From Hypanus sabinus (lineage: Eukaryota), in contig NC_082736.1 in the NCBI RefSeq assembly GCF_030144855.1, positions 11,346,001-11,410,000 of the forward strand: a stretch of 64,000 nucleotides of DNA, in the 5' to 3' direction. The stretch's first letter is position 1, and every line of letters begins with the position of its first letter. A program made the translations under genes and the position numbers. Under the pieces are notes generated by a model that was given only the letters and a program-made list of their open reading frames with translations, ran no database searches and was not told where the DNA came from. Shown in pieces: positions 50,830 through 64,000 of this stretch.

Positions 50830-51240
50830 CTCCCGGGCTGCGGCCAAGATATCATGTGATGAGCATCCCTTTCGCTGCCCTGATGTCGCAGAGTCAGAGG
50901 GCCTCCGGAACGTCGTTGCCTTAGCAACAGACCCAAGTCTCCACGTAGAAGGATCCTGGGTTGGAAGTGCAGAAAAGGCTTCCCCCCGACGGGCCTTTTT
51001 CATGAAGGGCTCAGTGATTTATTTGCAATATTTGCGGGTGACCGGCGGCTTCTCTGATTGACAGCACGCACCCCCCCCCCCTTCGGGCCGCAGCCTCCTG
51101 CCTCGTTGCTGTGATGTCACAGTGACGCACCTGTTTCCAAGGCAGCGGGCGCGGGAATGTGGCAAGGCCCCGCGGACGGGGGAGGGGGAGCGCCTTGGGC
51201 CCGGGGGTCTGTGCTTGTTCAACCTCGCCTTATAACTGAA
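50830..51240. promoter_or_regulatory. CpG-rich promoter-like island with two RFX X-boxes, CRE-like and ETS motifs
   Basis: CCGGAA 50905-50910; GTTGCCTTAGCAAC 50915-50928; TGATGTCA 51112-51119; GTTTCCAAGGCAGC 51133-51146; GC-rich flank. Confidence 0.5.
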
Positions 51241-51289
51241 ACTGTCCTTCCTGTGATGTGGCAACCGGCTCTGATCGCAAGATTTTAAA

Positions 51290-54200
51290 ATGTTTCTAAT
51301 GTGTCCGCCACAATCACTGGCAGTTTATTCAAAATACCCACCACCCTCTGCCCATTATGTCTGATCTGAAATACCTGCCTTGTTTTTATCAGCCATTTCC
51401 TGTGAAAAAGACTACGTGCTTTTACCCTGTCTATGCTCCTCATAATCTACAGACCTCTACTAGGATCATCTCTGAATCTGCTCTGCTCCAGGGAATAAAA
51501 TACTAGTCTATACAACCTCTCCTTGTAACTCAGACTCCCCAGGACAAAGCAAATATCTGCTATTTTTCTTTCTCCCTGCACTCTCTCTAGTTTAAGAACA
51601 GTTTCCTACCAACACTATACACAATATCCCCCGTCAGTCCTCACCAAAGACTTTTATATTTACAGCATATTTTCTCAAATCAAAGAAAAACCTTCTCATC
51701 TCTGCAATGACTGAAGAAGGCCAGCAGGTCAAACACCATATCTAACTGAGATGTCACTTTCAGTGAACTATGCATTCACATGGACATTGTTTCTATAAAT
51801 TACTAACAAAAAGATCCCAGCACCTAGAGGCGCACAACTAGACAGAGACCTCCAGTTTGAGGCACAGCCCTCAACCGTCAGCCTCTGCTTCCTGTCACTG
51901 AGGCAATTATGAAACCAATCAACTATCTCCCGTGGATTCCATCTCTCAGATCTAACCTCCCAGACCAGAGTCAAAGGCCTGTCTCCTGTCCATTTAGACA
52001 ACATCCACAACTAACCTCATCTACGCACTTGTGAAACTCCTCAAAGAGTGCAAGATAATTGTCAGACATGATTTCCCTTGCACACAACTGTGCTGTCTGT
52101 CTTGAATCAGACCAAATGTTGGTAGATCCTGTTTCTCAAAACCTCCTCCAATAAATTACCCAACACTGATATCAGACTGATGGGCCAGTAGTTTCCTGAC
52201 TAGTTTCCTGGCACCGCATTAAAACAAAAGACCTTAAGTTATTGGAGCAGGATTGGGTCTTTTGGCTCATCCAGTCTGTTCCATCATTCCATCATGCCTG
52301 ATTTATTATTCATCCCAACACCATTCTCTGCCCTTTTCCCCTTAAACTTTGATGCCCTTAATAATAATTAAATCATCCTAACCTCTGTTTTAAATAGACC
52401 TACTGACTGCCTTCATGGCCGCCTGTGCCAATGAAATGTATCGATTGATCACCTTCTGAATACAGAAATTACTCATCTCTATTCTAGAAGGGCATCTTTG
52501 TATTGAGGGTGTAGTCTGGTTCTAGACTCTTCTATTATTGGAAACATCATCTCATATCAACGCTACCTACGCCTTTCAACATTCAATATGTTTCTATATG
52601 ATGCTCCCTCATTCTTCTAGACTCCAGTGACTACAGGCCCAGATCTTCAAATGATCGTTATATCCTAACTGTTTCAGACTTGGGATCATTCTCGTGAATT
52701 TCCCCTGTAAACTCTGCAATGTCAGCACAGCCTTTCTTAGAAAAGTGACCCAAACCTGCTCATGATACTCCAAATAAGTTCTGGCTAAAGCTTCAGCTTT
52801 TATATTCTAGTTCTTTTGGAATGAATGCAAATATTGCATTTGCCTTCCTTACTAGCATCTAAATGTGCACATTAACCTTTAGGGAATCCTGCATTAGGAG
52901 CCGCAAAGTCCCTTTACATATCTGATTTCTGTTCTTTCCCTGATTAGATGGAGTCTATGCCTTTATTCCTCCTCCCAGTGTTCATGACCACACACTTCCT
53001 TACACTGTATATTGTCTGGAACTTCTCTGTCCATTCTCTAAATCTGTCCAAGTGCTACTGCAGACTCCCTGCATCCATAACACTGCCTGCCTCTCTGTCT
53101 ATTTTTGATTCATCCACAGACTTGGCCTCAAAACTGCAAATTCCACGTTAGTCACTCTCCAATCATGTCTAACCTCAACTGATGCCTGTGGTGAAGCAAC
53201 AATCTCTCCCGTGGCCTCTACAGTGTATTCTCTAACTTCTCACAAAATACAAGAATGTACCTGAAAGGCCCGGTAGGTTTAACAACCTTAAAGCATCTTA
53301 TGGCCTCCAATATAGATCCCTGCTAACTTGAATGTGGTCGAAGATATCACATCTGATTCATGCCATTTCCGTAACTCCATCACTTTCCATAATTTTCTCA
53401 ATGGTGATATAACTGTCAAAAATATTCATGGAAAGCCTCTCCCATATCCTTCAGTTCCACACACAGATGGCCATCCTCATCTCCAAGTGGATCAATTCTG
53501 TCCAAATTCCCTTTTCCTCTGAATGTACCGAGAGAATCTCAGGGGATTTTGCTCAATTTTCCTTCCAAATCCTGATCTTCTCCTATTGTAGTCCTAACTT
53601 TTATGAGAGATGCTATGTCTAATAATATTCTTGAACAATTCCCCTGGCATTGATCCAGGTCTCACCATTTCATAATTTCCTGGGTTGACTCTGTTGCCGG
53701 AGGAACAACATGCCCTGGAATTTCAGCATTCCCTTCTCTGATCTCACTATCCTCCAGGACCACATTGATGAATACTAATATGAAGTAGTGGTTTAGTCCC
53801 TCACCCACTTCAGAAGTAAACTTTCTCCTTTGTCCTTGTTTTGTTGTACCCTCTCCATAGTGCCCCTTCTCCCCAAAGTTATTTCCTGTCCCCGTTTGAC
53901 ACGTCTGATTCTCTGTTTAACTTCTCTCTTGCTTGCTTCATATTGCCAGAGGCCTTCTCCAATTTATACATCTGAAACATTCCTTATCTTTCATTTTCTA
54001 TCAGATTGAATTCATAACATCTCCTACCCCTGTGCCAGACTTTACCAACCTTGTCTTTCTTCCACATAGAAACAGTCTGAATTCTGACCTTTAACCACTA
54101 GTCACATGTCAAATGTGGATGGACAAAACACAGCTGCACCCATTCCCCTCACCTCAGTTCCTGTCCAACACAGTTTCCCTTAGTTATATACCGATTAACC

Positions 54201-54540
54201 ACATTACCTCTATGACGAGTCCTGTGCTTACTTACTGCTCTCAGAATGAAATTTCTATCTGTTGCCAGGCTCATTTTCCAATACAATGCCTTCTGTAACC
54301 CACTTCCCTGGTTAGACTACCCACTTCTATGTTAAGAAACATCCCAGTATTCTTCTAACATACACAATGATATCTAAGCCCCTGAGTCTAAGGGAGTCCC
54401 AGTCAACTGGGGAAATTATTCACCCACTGCAACGACCCTGTTGCTTTTACATCTTTCATGCCCTGCTACATTTCAGTTTCTTTACCTCCTGCTGGCATTT
54501 GGGAGGCCAGTAGCACAACTCCATTGGTGAATGCACCTCT
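51290..54540 (-). repeat. Mosaic of decayed CR1 fragments, including a 3' end at ~52235-53140
   Basis: WFHNCLSDRKQRLTVEG RT remnant; ggagcaggattgggtc tail; endonuclease remnant near 54.4 kb. Confidence 0.65.
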
Positions 54541-55139
54541 CTTATCCTGAGCTCTATTCACACTGGATAAACCCTCCAGTGTGTTCTCTCTTAGTCCCTC
54601 ACCCACAATTCCATATAAAGGCTGATCTGCCATCAGCCTCTTCTTGTATGTTGATCCCACTTCCCTGATTTTATAAACACTTATCTTGCTCCACGTTAAA
54701 TCTTTATGGTCATCCAGCGTCTCCACTCCTCTCAGTTAGGGGATTCTAGTGTTTGTTATACAGTGTTTTGTTTGTTTTATCATGTCTGGTCTTGTCAAAC
54801 AGTGCAGGCATGTTCTTTGGTTTCCTGCAGTTCACAATTTTGTGCACCACAGTCACAAACAGTCATATGATTATGTAGACAGAGAGGGAGTTTAAATGAA
54901 GTGAACATGGGCAGTTGGCATATTTTGCATGTTATCGTTCCAAGGGAATCGTTTGATTGTGCATATTTAGGCACTTATCAAGATCCAATAAAAAGAAGTT
55001 AGATTTAAAGAGAGCAGTCATTGTATGAGTGGGCCAAAATTGGAGTGGGGAGATGAGGCTTTGGCACATCTGAGAGGTGTAGGCAAGAAAGATAAGTTTT
55101 TCTTTATTCCTTACTTCTTCTGTATTACTCATTTGAAGC

Positions 55140-57080
55140 AGAAAGGATGCCAGACAAGATACTGCCTAATATCAGCGTCACAAAATTGGGTTGATAGAAG
55201 GTGACAGAGGGTGGTTGTGTCAGCTTATCATTCAGGTTGGAGGCCTCTGACCAGTGACGTTCACAGGGATCGGTTCTGGTACTGTCATTTGTCATCGATG
55301 TGAACACTTTCTCTGACATTGTTGTGAACGTGATTAGTGAGTTTGCAGATGACAGCGATGCTGTTGGTAGAGTGGGATCCCGAATGGGATGGGGACGAAC
55401 TGGGGAAGTTGGCCAAAGAATGGCAGATGGATGTTGATGTGGACAAGTATGAACTCTTGCATTTTGAGAAGTCCAAGGGAAGGACCTGCACAGTAAATTC
55501 TGTTCCTTGGAGAGTATTGCAGGCAGAGTGTCCATGGAATACAGAAACATCATTCACTGAAAGTGACAACACAGGTAGTCAGGATGGTGAAGATGATGTT
55601 TGCCCTATTTGTCTTCATTGGTCAGGGAAATGAGTTACAGGATTTGGGATGTCATATGACAACTGTAATCGTCGAAGTGAGATTGCACTGTAATGTGCAC
55701 AGTTCTAGTCACCCAGCTACAGGAAGGATGTCATGAAGCTGGAAAGTGTGGAGGGAGGTTTGAGGAGGGTGTTACTGACACTGGAGGATTTGAATTATTT
55801 GCAGAAGTTTGGACAGACTGGGACTCTCTTTCTCAACTGAGAGATTAAGGAGCTGACCAGTGACCATCCAAAGCTTTACAAAATCAGTACGCGATAACTG
55901 TTTGTGTCAGGGTAGGGAAGTATAAATTTACAGGACAATTGTTTAAGGTGTAGGGGAAACATTTAAAGGCTACCTGACTGGTGGGGGGATGTTGCATGTT
56001 TGATGAAGGAGACCAACACTGCAGTAATGTGACGGATTTGATGAGATTTTCTAAGTAAAGGATTCAAATAAAATGATGAATGGTGATTTTGATGGGATTA
56101 CACTGCTGGCCTCCCAATAGGCTGAGATATTGTGGAGCAGACATGTTGGTAAATCACACAGAGGTGTAATGGGAACAGGCTTACAGCAGTCGGGCATATT
56201 GACATCCCCAGCATTAACCAGATTACCTTTGTATGAAAAGCTTCAGTTTCCAGGAGTAATTTGGCAGATGCAGGATCAGTTCATCCCTCAGCAGGAACAA
56301 TATTTGAAAGGGAGAATGAGGCAATCATCACCAACAATAGAAGACAAAAGCAGCATAAAATAACATGAGAGAGCAGAGAATATCACAAAAGTTAGTGGGA
56401 AGCTAAAGGATTAGGGAACTTAAAAAGAACAGAAGGTAACTAAAATTGTAATTTGGAGAGAACAGATGAATTATTAAAGTAACTGGCCAATAGTATAAAG
56501 GAGAATACAAGATTTTTTTCAGACATTTAAAGAGTAAAAGAGAGGCAAGACTGGATCAGGATTCAGGTTTCCCATTCTCACCTTCAGAATCACATCCCTC
56601 CCTGATCTTCTTTTACACTGTTTAGTTTATTCAGTATTTCTTATTTAACCTGGCAATCTTGATCATTTAGTGAAGAGGGCCACAGCGTGGCAAATGCATT
56701 TCAATACAGATAAATGTGATGCAGTGCACATTGCAAAGTCAATCCAGTGTAGAACTTACACTGTGAATGGTCGGTCATTAGGGAGTGTATTGGGCCGGAG
56801 AGATTTAGGGGTAAATCTCTCACACACAGTTCATTGAAAGTGGTGTCACTGGTAGACAGGGTGGTGAAGAACTGGTTTTAACATGCTGGTCTTCATTAGT
56901 CAGGGGATTGAGTATATCAGTTGGGACATTATGTTACAGTTGTGTAAGTGACTGGAGGTCACACTTATCGTTTTGTGTACAGCTCTTGTCACCGTTTCAG
57001 GAAACGGGGTTAAACTGGGGAGAGTGTAGAGAAGACTTCCAAGGATGTTTCCGGGATCTGAGATTCTCAGTTACACAGAG
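55140..57080 (+). repeat. Mosaic of decayed CR1 fragments
   Basis: tttgcagatgacag (FADD), LAKEWQMDVDVDKYELLHF and related remnants. Confidence 0.65.
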
Positions 57081-57931
57081 ATGTTGGTCGGACAATGTCC
57101 GTTGTTCTTTATTCTTTGGTATCAGAATCATTTACCACCGTGTTACATGACAAGGAATCTGTCTTTTTATTTTGACAGTAGTACAATGCGATGAAGGTGC
57201 AGATGTGAACATTGTATCGGCATAACGCCAAGAGATTCTGGGAATCGTGAACAACGCGGACAAAATGCTGGGGGAACCCAGCAAGTCAGGCAGCATCTCC
57301 CACCAGAGTCTTGATGGCTGTTTATTCCCACCATTGATGCTGCCTGACTTGCTGATTTCCGCCAGCATTGAGTGCGTACTGTGTCAGAGAGAGTGAGTTA
57401 AAGGAGCGGGCGGCTTAGACCAGTGTCCCTGTGTTTGTGAGTCCGAACACATCGTAGGATTTCTCAGCGCCTCCTGTAGAAAATGAAACGATGTTTTTTT
57501 GTTACGGAAGCACCCACTCCCCGGCTCGGTCTCGAAGAGGGAATTAACTGCAAAGTTTTAATTAGTTTAAATAATTCAGCCAAAAAGCAGAGAACAGGTC
57601 TACGATCGGGAGAGAGAACGCGGGCAATGTAGTAACGAAACGGGTTAAAATAGAAAGCGCTGCCTTTAATCCCGATTAAACTTCTTTCCAGCGAACATTC
57701 TGGCCTCAGAGACAGACAGGGACTAGTCCGAGTCTCCGCAGCGTCCGATTTGAATTGGAATCGGCGAGTTTTTGAGGAGAGAGAAGCACAGAAAAATGAA
57801 GCTGCCTGGAGCAGAAAGCAGGATGTCTCCGCCCCGTCCGCTCGCTGCCTTTAAATTGCTCCGTGCCGCCACCCTTCGCTTCATTTCTCATTCAGTTCTG
57901 ATTGTGAGAAGGATTTATCAGAGTCGCCGAC

Positions 57932-58564
57932 ATGACCGAGACAGCACCCGCCGAAACGGCTCCTCCAGCCGCACCCGCCGCCGCAAAGAAGACTCCCAAG
58001 AAGAAGGCGGCTGCCCGGAGCAAACCAACCGGTCCCTCGCTGGGCGAACAGATCGATAAGATCGTGGCGGGTTGTCACGATAGGAAGGGTATGTCCTACG
58101 CGGCCATCATGAAGGCTCTGGTTGACAGCAGTGTCGATGTGGTGAAACGTCGCCCCCAGATCAAGATGAGCATCAAGAGGAAAGTGGAAAGCGGCTCCTT
58201 GGTTCAGATGAAGGGTTCTGGTCTTTCGGGATCCTTTAAATCCGGTATAGGGAAAAGTGCCGTGAAGGTGGTGAAGAAAGCGAAGAAGCCATCGGCAAAG
58301 AAATCTCCAAACAAGAAATCTCCCAGCAAGAAGCCTGGCGCCAAGAAACCAGCGGCTAAAAAAGCGGGAGGTAAGAAACCAGCGACTAAGAAAGCGGCAG
58401 CAAATAAACCCGCGGCTAAGAAAGCGGCAGCTAAGAAACCCGCGGCTAAGAAAGCGGCGCCGAAGCCCAAGAGCCCCAAGAAAGCCGCAGCCCCGAAGAC
58501 GAAGGCGGCCAAGAAGCCGAAGTCGAAATCCGCGAAACCCAAGAAGACAGCAGTCAAAAAGTGA
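57932..58564 (+). CDS. H1: Linker histone H1 (210 aa, divergent globular domain)
   Basis: MTETAPAE.. N-terminal tail; winged-helix GPSL..RKGMS..KAL..GSLVQ.KG.G.SGSFK; K/A/P-rich tail with SPKK/SPNK/SPSK; stem-loop downstream. Confidence 0.95.
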   Translation: MTETAPAETAPPAAPAAAKKTPKKKAAARSKPTGPSLGEQIDKIVAGCHDRKGMSYAAIMKALVDSSVDVVKRRPQIKMSIKRKVESGSLVQMKGSGLSGSFKSGIGKSAVKVVKKAKKPSAKKSPNKKSPSKKPGAKKPAAKKAGGKKPATKKAAANKPAAKKAAAKKPAAKKAAPKPKSPKKAAAPKTKAAKKPKSKSAKPKKTAVKK

Positions 58565-58601
58565 ATTGAGAATCCACCATTTGTGTGTATCTGAACCCAA
58601 C

Positions 58602-58640
58602 GGCTCTTCTCAGAGCCACCCACATCTCAGAAAAGAGCTG
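58602..58640 (+). terminator. Histone 3' stem-loop and HDE (H1)
   Basis: GGCTCTTCTCAGAGCC 58602-58617 followed by ACCCA; AAAAGAGCTG 58631-58640. Confidence 0.93.
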
Positions 58641-59307
58641 ATTCAAAGTGTTGTGATTCCCGTCCCGGGTCTGACTGAGCTTTCCGGGGGAACTTCTCAC
58701 ATAGAACCGGAGATTGACGGTACCTGACATATGGTGCGGCCGTGCCGAATCAGTGTCTGAAATGAGACACGGATGCCCGAGCTGAGATTGGGAGATATGG
58801 GATGTGGGCAGTTTTTGGCCCAATTCCTTCTCCGATGCCGGGAGAGAGTGACTGAGACATTGACAGCGGAGATTCAGCTGAGTTGATTGGGAACTGCTGA
58901 AACCTACGCGAGAGGGGAGGGGGCGTGTTGAGAGAGGGATCCGTCTCTGGGACAGACTGTTGCGGGAGGATATATGATAAACTACCCGGTGGCATTGCCG
59001 ACTGACCTTCATGCAGGCCCCAGCTACAAAACTACATTGTTAATTTACACAAAACATCAATAACAAAAATGTACAAGAGAATGAAATCTAATTTAAAAAA
59101 TCACTATTTCCTGGTAGTCACCGCCCCCCCGAAATCCCTCACTATACCCCTCGCGTCGGCATGCTCCACTCAAAGCACAGCGGAGACGAACGTATCCCCA
59201 TGTCCAAAGCAAACAAAACGGTAACAGCCGCACCAGCCGTACACGACAGGTTTGTGAGAGAAGTGAAGGGCCAGATGAGACCCTGACAGGGAGGGAAGCG
59301 CGCTAAT

Positions 59308-59476
59308 CTCTGGATGCATTCAAGAGTGAGATAGAGCTCTTAAAGATAGCGGGGTAAAGGGAGAGGGCAGGAACCGGGTATGAATTGTATATGATCAGCC
59401 ATGATCACAGCGTATGGCGGTTCTGGCTAGAAAGGCCGAATGGTCTAATCCTGCACCGACTGCCCATTGTCTATTA
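59308..59476 (+). repeat. Short CR1 3' end between H1 and H3
   Basis: ctctggatgcattcaagag..gatcagccatgatc..ggccgaatggtcta..attgtctatt. Confidence 0.75.
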
Positions 59477-59647
59477 CTTCCTATCCCTCGCCGAATTACC
59501 CTGTCTGCACAGAACTGATGCTCGAGGTCAATTAGTGCAAAATAGATCGGCAGGGCAGATCGCTACTACAATAATGATGAGCAAGCTACAGCCCTTCCCT
59601 TTGCCGTGGTAGTGGCTCTTTTCTGGTGTTCGGCGTGCAGGCTGGTC

Positions 59648-60130
<483 letters not shown>

Positions 60131-60683
60131 TTATTCCGCTGGGAAGGGCCGGCCCATCGCTTATGATTGGCTGAACACCGACTGCCTATTAAAGGATCCA
60201 CTTGCTGCGATTGGTTTATTAATTTCAAGCAGGCTGGCGGCGAATAACAATTTAGGACAAAATGGGAAACTGTTAACTGGCGGTCGGACTTCATCCAATC
60301 GGAATGCACTGTGATTGGCGCTCGATTAATTTCAAATCGCCCGCCAATTTCAGCGCACCCAGCAATGGTGCTTGATAATTTTTTATAATTTACAATTAAT
60401 TCTATCACGGATTATACATTTTCAGTTTCATTTAATATCTAAATCACTCAGTTAAAATTTGAATGCATAATTACGGAATTGTTCCTCTAAACGAGGGAAC
60501 TTATTTCTGACCCAGACGGACGGGAAGATTAAGATCAATATAAATGCATTCAGCATTTACGGTAATCACCGTCTGTCAAAGCAGAATCACGGCTAAATTT
60601 CAAGCGGAACAGAGAAATCGATTTCAAATGTCAATAGATGAATACAGTAGGATCGATAAAAAATAATTAAAAGGTTGTGGACA

Positions 60684-60724
60684 CGGCTCCCTCTGTGAGG
60701 CGGTGGGTGGCTCTTAGAAGAGCC
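60684..60724 (-). terminator. Histone 3' stem-loop and HDE (H4)
   Basis: Minus strand GGCTCTTCTAAGAGCC (60724-60709) + ACCCA; AGAGGGAGCCG ~60694-60684. Confidence 0.92.
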
Positions 60725-60757
60725 TTTATGTTGTGCTCGGGAGGAAGTGGGAGTTTT

Positions 60758-61078
<321 letters not shown>

Positions 61079-61499
61079 TCACTCCGGTCGCTGCTCAGTG
61101 ACAAACCGACTGCTGATGTCTCCTTTTATACACAGCGCCCCGACCTGCCCGAGAAACGCGCAGAGAGACAGAGGCGGGTAGGGAGGAGACAGAGTCAGAG
61201 TGACGGACAGAGCCGAGAGCGGCCTCTCATCGTCCAGCTCCGCCTTCACTTTATTACGCCCGCCATTATCCGACACAAAGCGCTTCAGCAGAAAAAAAAA
61301 CTCCCTCACACACAACATACAGACTGGAGGATTTCTGGAAATTTGCTGATTCGCCCGCTTTAAATTATAGGAAGTGCTTTTCCATTTCGCAAATACCCAA
61401 GAACGCCGATCTCTCCCTCCCCGGCCCCAGGACCAGTGCGAGCGCCCTCACACACAGCAGTTGGTGGGCGAGGGTGCAGTCACTTCCAGTGATGAGAGG

Positions 61500-63340
61500 G
61501 TTAATTCATTAGAACGACTATTCCTCTGGGTCGCGAGGTAAATGAAAGTCCGGTCACACAAAGGAACAGGATACATAGGCAGACACAAGGATATATATAC
61601 CGTATTTCTGATGTCTTCTAAAGCCCAGGTGAAGTGGTGGCTAAGGAGCTGGTGCGAGGTGGGTGGGTCACGTACAAGGATCATTGCGGTCCCGAAGGAA
61701 AGGTGAGACAGGTCCAAGGAGGAGGGGAGCCAATATGTTTTACGGTGACGTTTTTCGTGCTACACCAAAGGGTTTAAATGAGCAGGTATGAGGTCCAACA
61801 AAGTGATTTTCAGGAACTAGGTTAAAAAGCAGGACTTCCAGCATTGTAATTACGGAATTGTGGGTCAAACCTTGTGCTGGTGTGGTGAGAAAGTGACATG
61901 CGGTGCAGTTTAATATGTTGCTGAGGAACTGATGTAGGAGGGAGGTCTTCAGATTCATGGATCAATGGGCTCCCTTCCAGGCAGGTGGGAGACCGGGACA
62001 AACAAGGCCATTTCCATCTGAATCGGAGGGGAACCAATATCCTCACCAGGATGTTTGATGGTGTTACTTGGTAGAGTTTCAACTGGAGTAGCAAGTGGGA
62101 GAATGCATGAATGACAAGACAGTCTGAAAAGAACGAGAGCAAATGTCAGGCTAACAAACATGCTGGGACCGATAGGCTGAAATTAGTTTATTTCAACATT
62201 AGGAGGATTATGTTGTCGAACAGACGGCTGACAGCTCAACGATCCTGTGTTTCATTGTTTTACATGTGAGTGGGGTTTACCAAGAGCAGGGGTTACCCCA
62301 CTGGGAATGTCACAACAAACTGGAAGGCTCATTTACAGAGGCAATCTACAGTTACACTGATAGGATTATCATACTGGCCCCCAATGACCAGTGCGGGGAC
62401 TTTTTCTTCCCTAGAATTGATTGGAACTTGCTTAATACTTAGATGCACAAGATTTCTTCATTGAATCTGAAGAGTGTTTGAAACATTATGTACAGAGCCC
62501 AACCAGAGGAGAGAACAGACAGGAGGAATTCGTTTTGGGAAATGAGCCAGGCCAGCTGACAGTGAAGAGTCAGTGAATATTCTGGGATCTTATTTTTTTT
62601 CTTAGTGATGAGGAAGAATAAAATCAGATCTTGTATGAAGGTACTGAATTGCAGGAGGGCAGGTTAGTACGGAGTAAGACAGAAACCACGGGGAATTGAT
62701 TGGGAGCAGCCACTGTCAGACAAGTCCACATCTGACATGCGGGAGCTGTTTAAAGACCAGCAGATCCAAGTTAACCAGAGAATGGAAAGGTCAACTCAAG
62801 ATTAAAGGAAGAATGATGTGGTTGAAGTCAGACCAAGTGGCTGAGGTACTAAATGAGTATGTTGTGTCAATATTTACTGAGGAAAAGGAACGGAATGTCA
62901 ATGAAAACAGACTGGAGCATGCTAATATTCAGAGACGTATTGAGATTAAGGAGGAGGTTGTGCTGGGACGTCTGAAAAGCAATAAAATGGATAAGATTCC
63001 AGGACCTGAAGGCATATATCCTGCAATAGTGAAAGAAGCAAATGCGCAGATTGTTGGCGATTTGACAAGGACCTGTGTGTCCTTGATCACAACATGAGAG
63101 GTCCCACAGGACTCGAGTGTCGTAAATGTTGCAGTTTTGTTCAAGAAGGGAAATAACAGAAATCCAGGAATCTATGGGCAAGGCAGCCTCATTTCAGTGG
63201 CAGAGAACCTACTGGGGAGGATATTGAGGTACAGGATTTATGCACATTTGGAAAGGCATGGCCTGCTTAGGGACAATCAGCATGGTTTTGTGTGGGCAGA
63301 TCACACTTGACAAAATTGATCGAGGTTTTGGAGGTGGTGG
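61500..63340 (+). mobile_element. Decayed CR1: ORF1 SGNH-esterase remnant + ORF2 fragments
   Basis: CRREVFRFMDQW..HLNRRGTNIL (ORF1 esterase, ~61930-62050); QVAEVLNEY.VSIFTEE, DKIPGPEGIYP and QHGFV ORF2 motifs. Confidence 0.8.
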
Positions 63341-63346
63341 TATAGA

Positions 63347-63910
63347 CTCTAAGATATAGGATCAGAATTAGGCCCATCAAATCTTCTCTTTCATTTCATC
63401 ATGGCTAATCCATTTTCTCTCAACTCCCGAATCTCCTGCCTTCTCCCTGTAACCCTTCGTGATCTGACCAATCAAGAATCTACCAACCTCTGCCTTAAAT
63501 ATACATAAAGTCTTGGCTCCACAGCTGCCCGAGGCAACAAATTCCACAGATTCACCACTCTCTGGCTAAAGAAATTCCTCACCTGCACATTCTACAAGGA
63601 TGATGCTCTATTCTGAGGCTGTGTCCTCTGTTCTTAGACACTCCCATTGTCTGCACATCCACTTTATCAAGGCCTTTCACCATTCGATAAGTTTCAATTA
63701 GGTCAGCCCTCATTGACCTAAATTCCAGTGAGTACAGGCCCAGAGCAATCAAACGCTCTTCATATGCCGAGCTGTTTCATCCTGGAGGCAACTTTGAGAA
63801 TCTCCTTTGAAACACATCTAGTTTCAGCTCATCCTTCCTAAGATAAAGGGCCCACAAATGCTCGCAGTACTCCAGTGAGACCTCACCAGTACTTTACTAA
63901 GTCTCAACAC
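63347..63910 (-). repeat. CR1 3' end
   Basis: taagatataggatcagaattaggccc tail and antisense CR1 C-terminus. Confidence 0.8.
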
Positions 63911-64000
63911 TGTTATGATTGGTGCAGATATTGTGGACTGAAGGCAGGTTGCCATCTGTTCCATACTGTGTACTGACGAATATGTTGGATATTCCAGCTA

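Overview
Eukaryotic, vertebrate-type genomic DNA. The repeat content (many CR1 LINEs, Penelope-like GIY-YIG elements, Rex1 LINEs) and the histone sequences suggest a cartilaginous fish; this is inference. The right two-thirds holds a dispersed, TE-riddled replication-dependent histone locus: H2B (29216-29590 +), a 5'-truncated H2B pseudogene (~41002-41244 +), H2A (42658-43041 +), H1 (57932-58564 +), H3 (59648-60058 -) and H4 (60758-61069 -). A decayed C2H2 zinc-finger exon lies among them, and a tRNA-Asp(GTC) lies at 17993-18064. Among the core histones only H4 is canonical. H2B, H2A and H3 carry radical substitutions at conserved residues, and H2B and H3 also have damaged 3' stem-loops and core promoter elements. 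Well-delimited TEs are a young CR1 nested in Rex1, a Sushi-like Gypsy element, a Tc1, a full-length Buster-type hAT with 8-bp TSD, two solo LTRs with 4-bp TSDs, a Nimb/I-like LINE and a truncated BEL/Pao. The most puzzling part is roughly 6-7 kb of CpG-rich, intronless-looking, decayed coding-like DNA scattered between 3.4 and 18 kb. It matches no TE I recognise and runs up to the tRNA gene. It is a candidate large endogenous viral element or unknown mobile element that I cannot assign without a database search. Two orphan CRE + RFX X-box promoter-like islands (~19.2 kb and ~51 kb) are also unexplained. Boundaries of degenerate repeats are approximate.
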